Source of the DNA: a virus
Reading direction: 5' to 3' (one strand)
DNA length: 44,305 nucleotides
IMG/VR virus record: IMGVR_UViG_3300037200_000146
Location: 1-44,305 of that record
Below, piece after piece: positions 43,279 through 44,305 of the stretch. Below the pieces are notes generated by a model. The model was given only the letters and a program-made list of their open reading frames with translations, ran no database searches and was not told the origin of the DNA. The position numbers were made by a program, and so were the translations under genes. Numbering within the stretch: position 1 is the first letter of the stretch; each line of letters opens with the position of its first letter.

Positions 43279-43680
43279 TCATGGCGACGGGCAGCTCAAA
43301 GTTACTGTGCCATCTGAGTTACAGGCGACCGAGCAAGGCTCAGCCGGAAGAGACCCGGATACCTGAGCGTTAACAAAGGAGCTTAAAGCTATGTATGCGG
43401 TGTGAAGCTTGCAGGCAAAGGGTGTGCCGCTCGAGGGATCAACCAGTGCGGCCCAGGCGTTGGCAGGGGTTAAGAGCTTATTCTTCCACACGGCATTATA
43501 TTGTCTAAGAGCGCTAGAAACTATGAGGGCTTTCATACTAGCAGCCCCCTGCTGAACCTGATTCGCAAGGCAGCTCTGTTGAATTGCCAGCGTGCTCGCA
43601 CTTGTGGCTGGGCACGAAGGAAGCATCTGGGCGACTGCGATATTAGTGATCAGTCCTAATGTTAGGAAATATTTTCTCAT
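43279..43680 (-). CDS. Small secreted Cys-containing protein
   Basis: MRKYFLTLGLITNIAVAQ is a signal peptide. The mature part has several Cys residues. Confidence 0.5.
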   Translation of the reverse strand: MRKYFLTLGLITNIAVAQMLPSCPATSASTLAIQQSCLANQVQQGAASMKALIVSSALRQYNAVWKNKLLTPANAWAALVDPSSGTPFACKLHTAYIALSSFVNAQVSGSLPAEPCSVACNSDGTVTLSCPSP

Positions 43681-43689
43681 GACACTCCT

Positions 43690-44305
43690 TTATTGAATTC
43701 TTAAAAATGAACCTGTTGTGTTGATAGCCTGATAAGCGATGGCTGTGTTTTGAGCTAACGTTGGGCTAGCCCCAACCGCAACGGTGCCGGTGACTGTAGT
43801 CGTTGTCACGGTTCGATTTGAGACGTAGCGAAGAATCTGCCCCACTCTTGTGGTCGATGGAAGGGCAATTGTCAGCGCTGTGAGCAGCGTGGTCGAGGTG
43901 TCATAAATCGTCTCATCGTTATTTGAGGTGTTAAAGGTCGCGGTAGCCGTGGTATTGGACGTCATCGTGACCGAAGGGTTTACTGTCGCTGAGCTGAATA
44001 AACCAAGGCTCACGAGCCCCGCTCCCACGTCTCCTGAGGGCTGAGTTACTGGAGCGGCTCCAAACCAGGCTTGCTTATTTCCAGTTTGAACTTGCCACAT
44101 GGTATTGTTCGAACCATCTAACGCGCTATATCCCCCTGCATAGTCGGTAACTAAGGCAGCGTTCGTCCCGTTTTGAAAATTGTAAACACTAGAAATAACT
44201 TTTGAGGTTGTGAGAATTCCGCCAGTGTCAGTTAAGCCATCTTCCCCATCGAAAACCCATGAGCCAATTTGAGCGCTGTAATTACTCACGTCTAAAGCGA
44301 GATCA
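43690..44305 (-). CDS. C-terminal part of the junction-spanning fibre-like gene (44179..44305 duplicates 1..127)
   Basis: ORF track 43690..44289. The frame continues upstream through the repeat into 1..798. Confidence 0.7.
   Translation of the reverse strand, partial: DLALDVSNYSAQIGSWVFDGEDGLTDTGGILTTSKVISSVYNFQNGTNAALVTDYAGGYSALDGSNNTMWQVQTGNKQAWFGAAPVTQPSGDVGAGLVSLGLFSSATVNPSVTMTSNTTATATFNTSNNDETIYDTSTTLLTALTIALPSTTRVGQILRYVSNRTVTTTTVTGTVAVGASPTLAQNTAIAYQAINTTGSFLRIQ
44179..44305. repeat. Terminal direct repeat copy 2, identical to 1..127
   Basis: Same 127-nt string as the window start. Confidence 0.95.

Noticed and set aside
1-44305. Stop-codon reassignment (suggested by the presence of an odd tRNA)
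   Set aside because: Long uninterrupted ORFs with recognisable domains are obtained throughout with the standard code. The tRNA anticodon as folded is a sense anticodon (GUU), not a suppressor.
1-44305. Lysogeny module (integrase, attP, CI-type repressor)
   Set aside because: I recognised no integrase or recombinase motif in any ORF. The tRNA is a full gene rather than a 3' fragment typical of att sites. The absence is based on inspection only.

Overview
This window looks like a complete tailed dsDNA phage genome. The first 127 bp are identical to the last 127 bp, so the contig closes into a circle of about 44,178 unique bp. One gene runs across that junction. There are two divergent transcription arms. 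The minus arm runs 7981 -> 1 / 44178 -> 40902. It carries RecT, an IS66 Orf1/Orf2-like pair, small early genes, an HNH cassette, a metallophosphoesterase, signal-peptide proteins, a glycosyltransferase-like gene and a GH25 endolysin. The plus arm runs about 8050 -> 40615. It starts with an ORF-poor, probably structured region of about 700 nt and a type II tRNA. It continues with RusA, a beta-class DNA methyltransferase, small and large terminase, portal, MuF-like head protein, scaffold/protease, decoration protein and major capsid. A contractile-tail module follows (sheath, tube, frameshifted chaperone, tape measure, baseplate, fibres), then a holin/spanin-like cassette. The lipobox proteins and spanin-like gene point to a Gram-negative host. 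I found no integrase, CRISPR array or reverse transcriptase. The main theme is homing-endonuclease parasitism of essential genes in four different layouts. (1) A canonical LAGLIDADG intein sits in the terminase P-loop. (2) An intein in the MuF-like protein has a sense-strand core that looks like filler, while a 303-codon HTH + PD-(D/E)XK (Vsr/DUF559-like) ORF lies on the exactly codon-aligned antisense strand. (3) A 462-nt in-frame insertion in the methyltransferase carries an HNH ORF in another frame, while the methyltransferase frame stays open. (4) A free-standing HNH cassette is flanked by 25-bp direct repeats and by a synonymously recoded duplication of its neighbour's N-terminus. Other notable items are a portal fused to a C-terminal ADP-ribosyltransferase domain, two GC-rich coding microsatellites and overlapping HTH / SEC-C reading frames. 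All functional calls come from motif recognition by eye. No database search was run.
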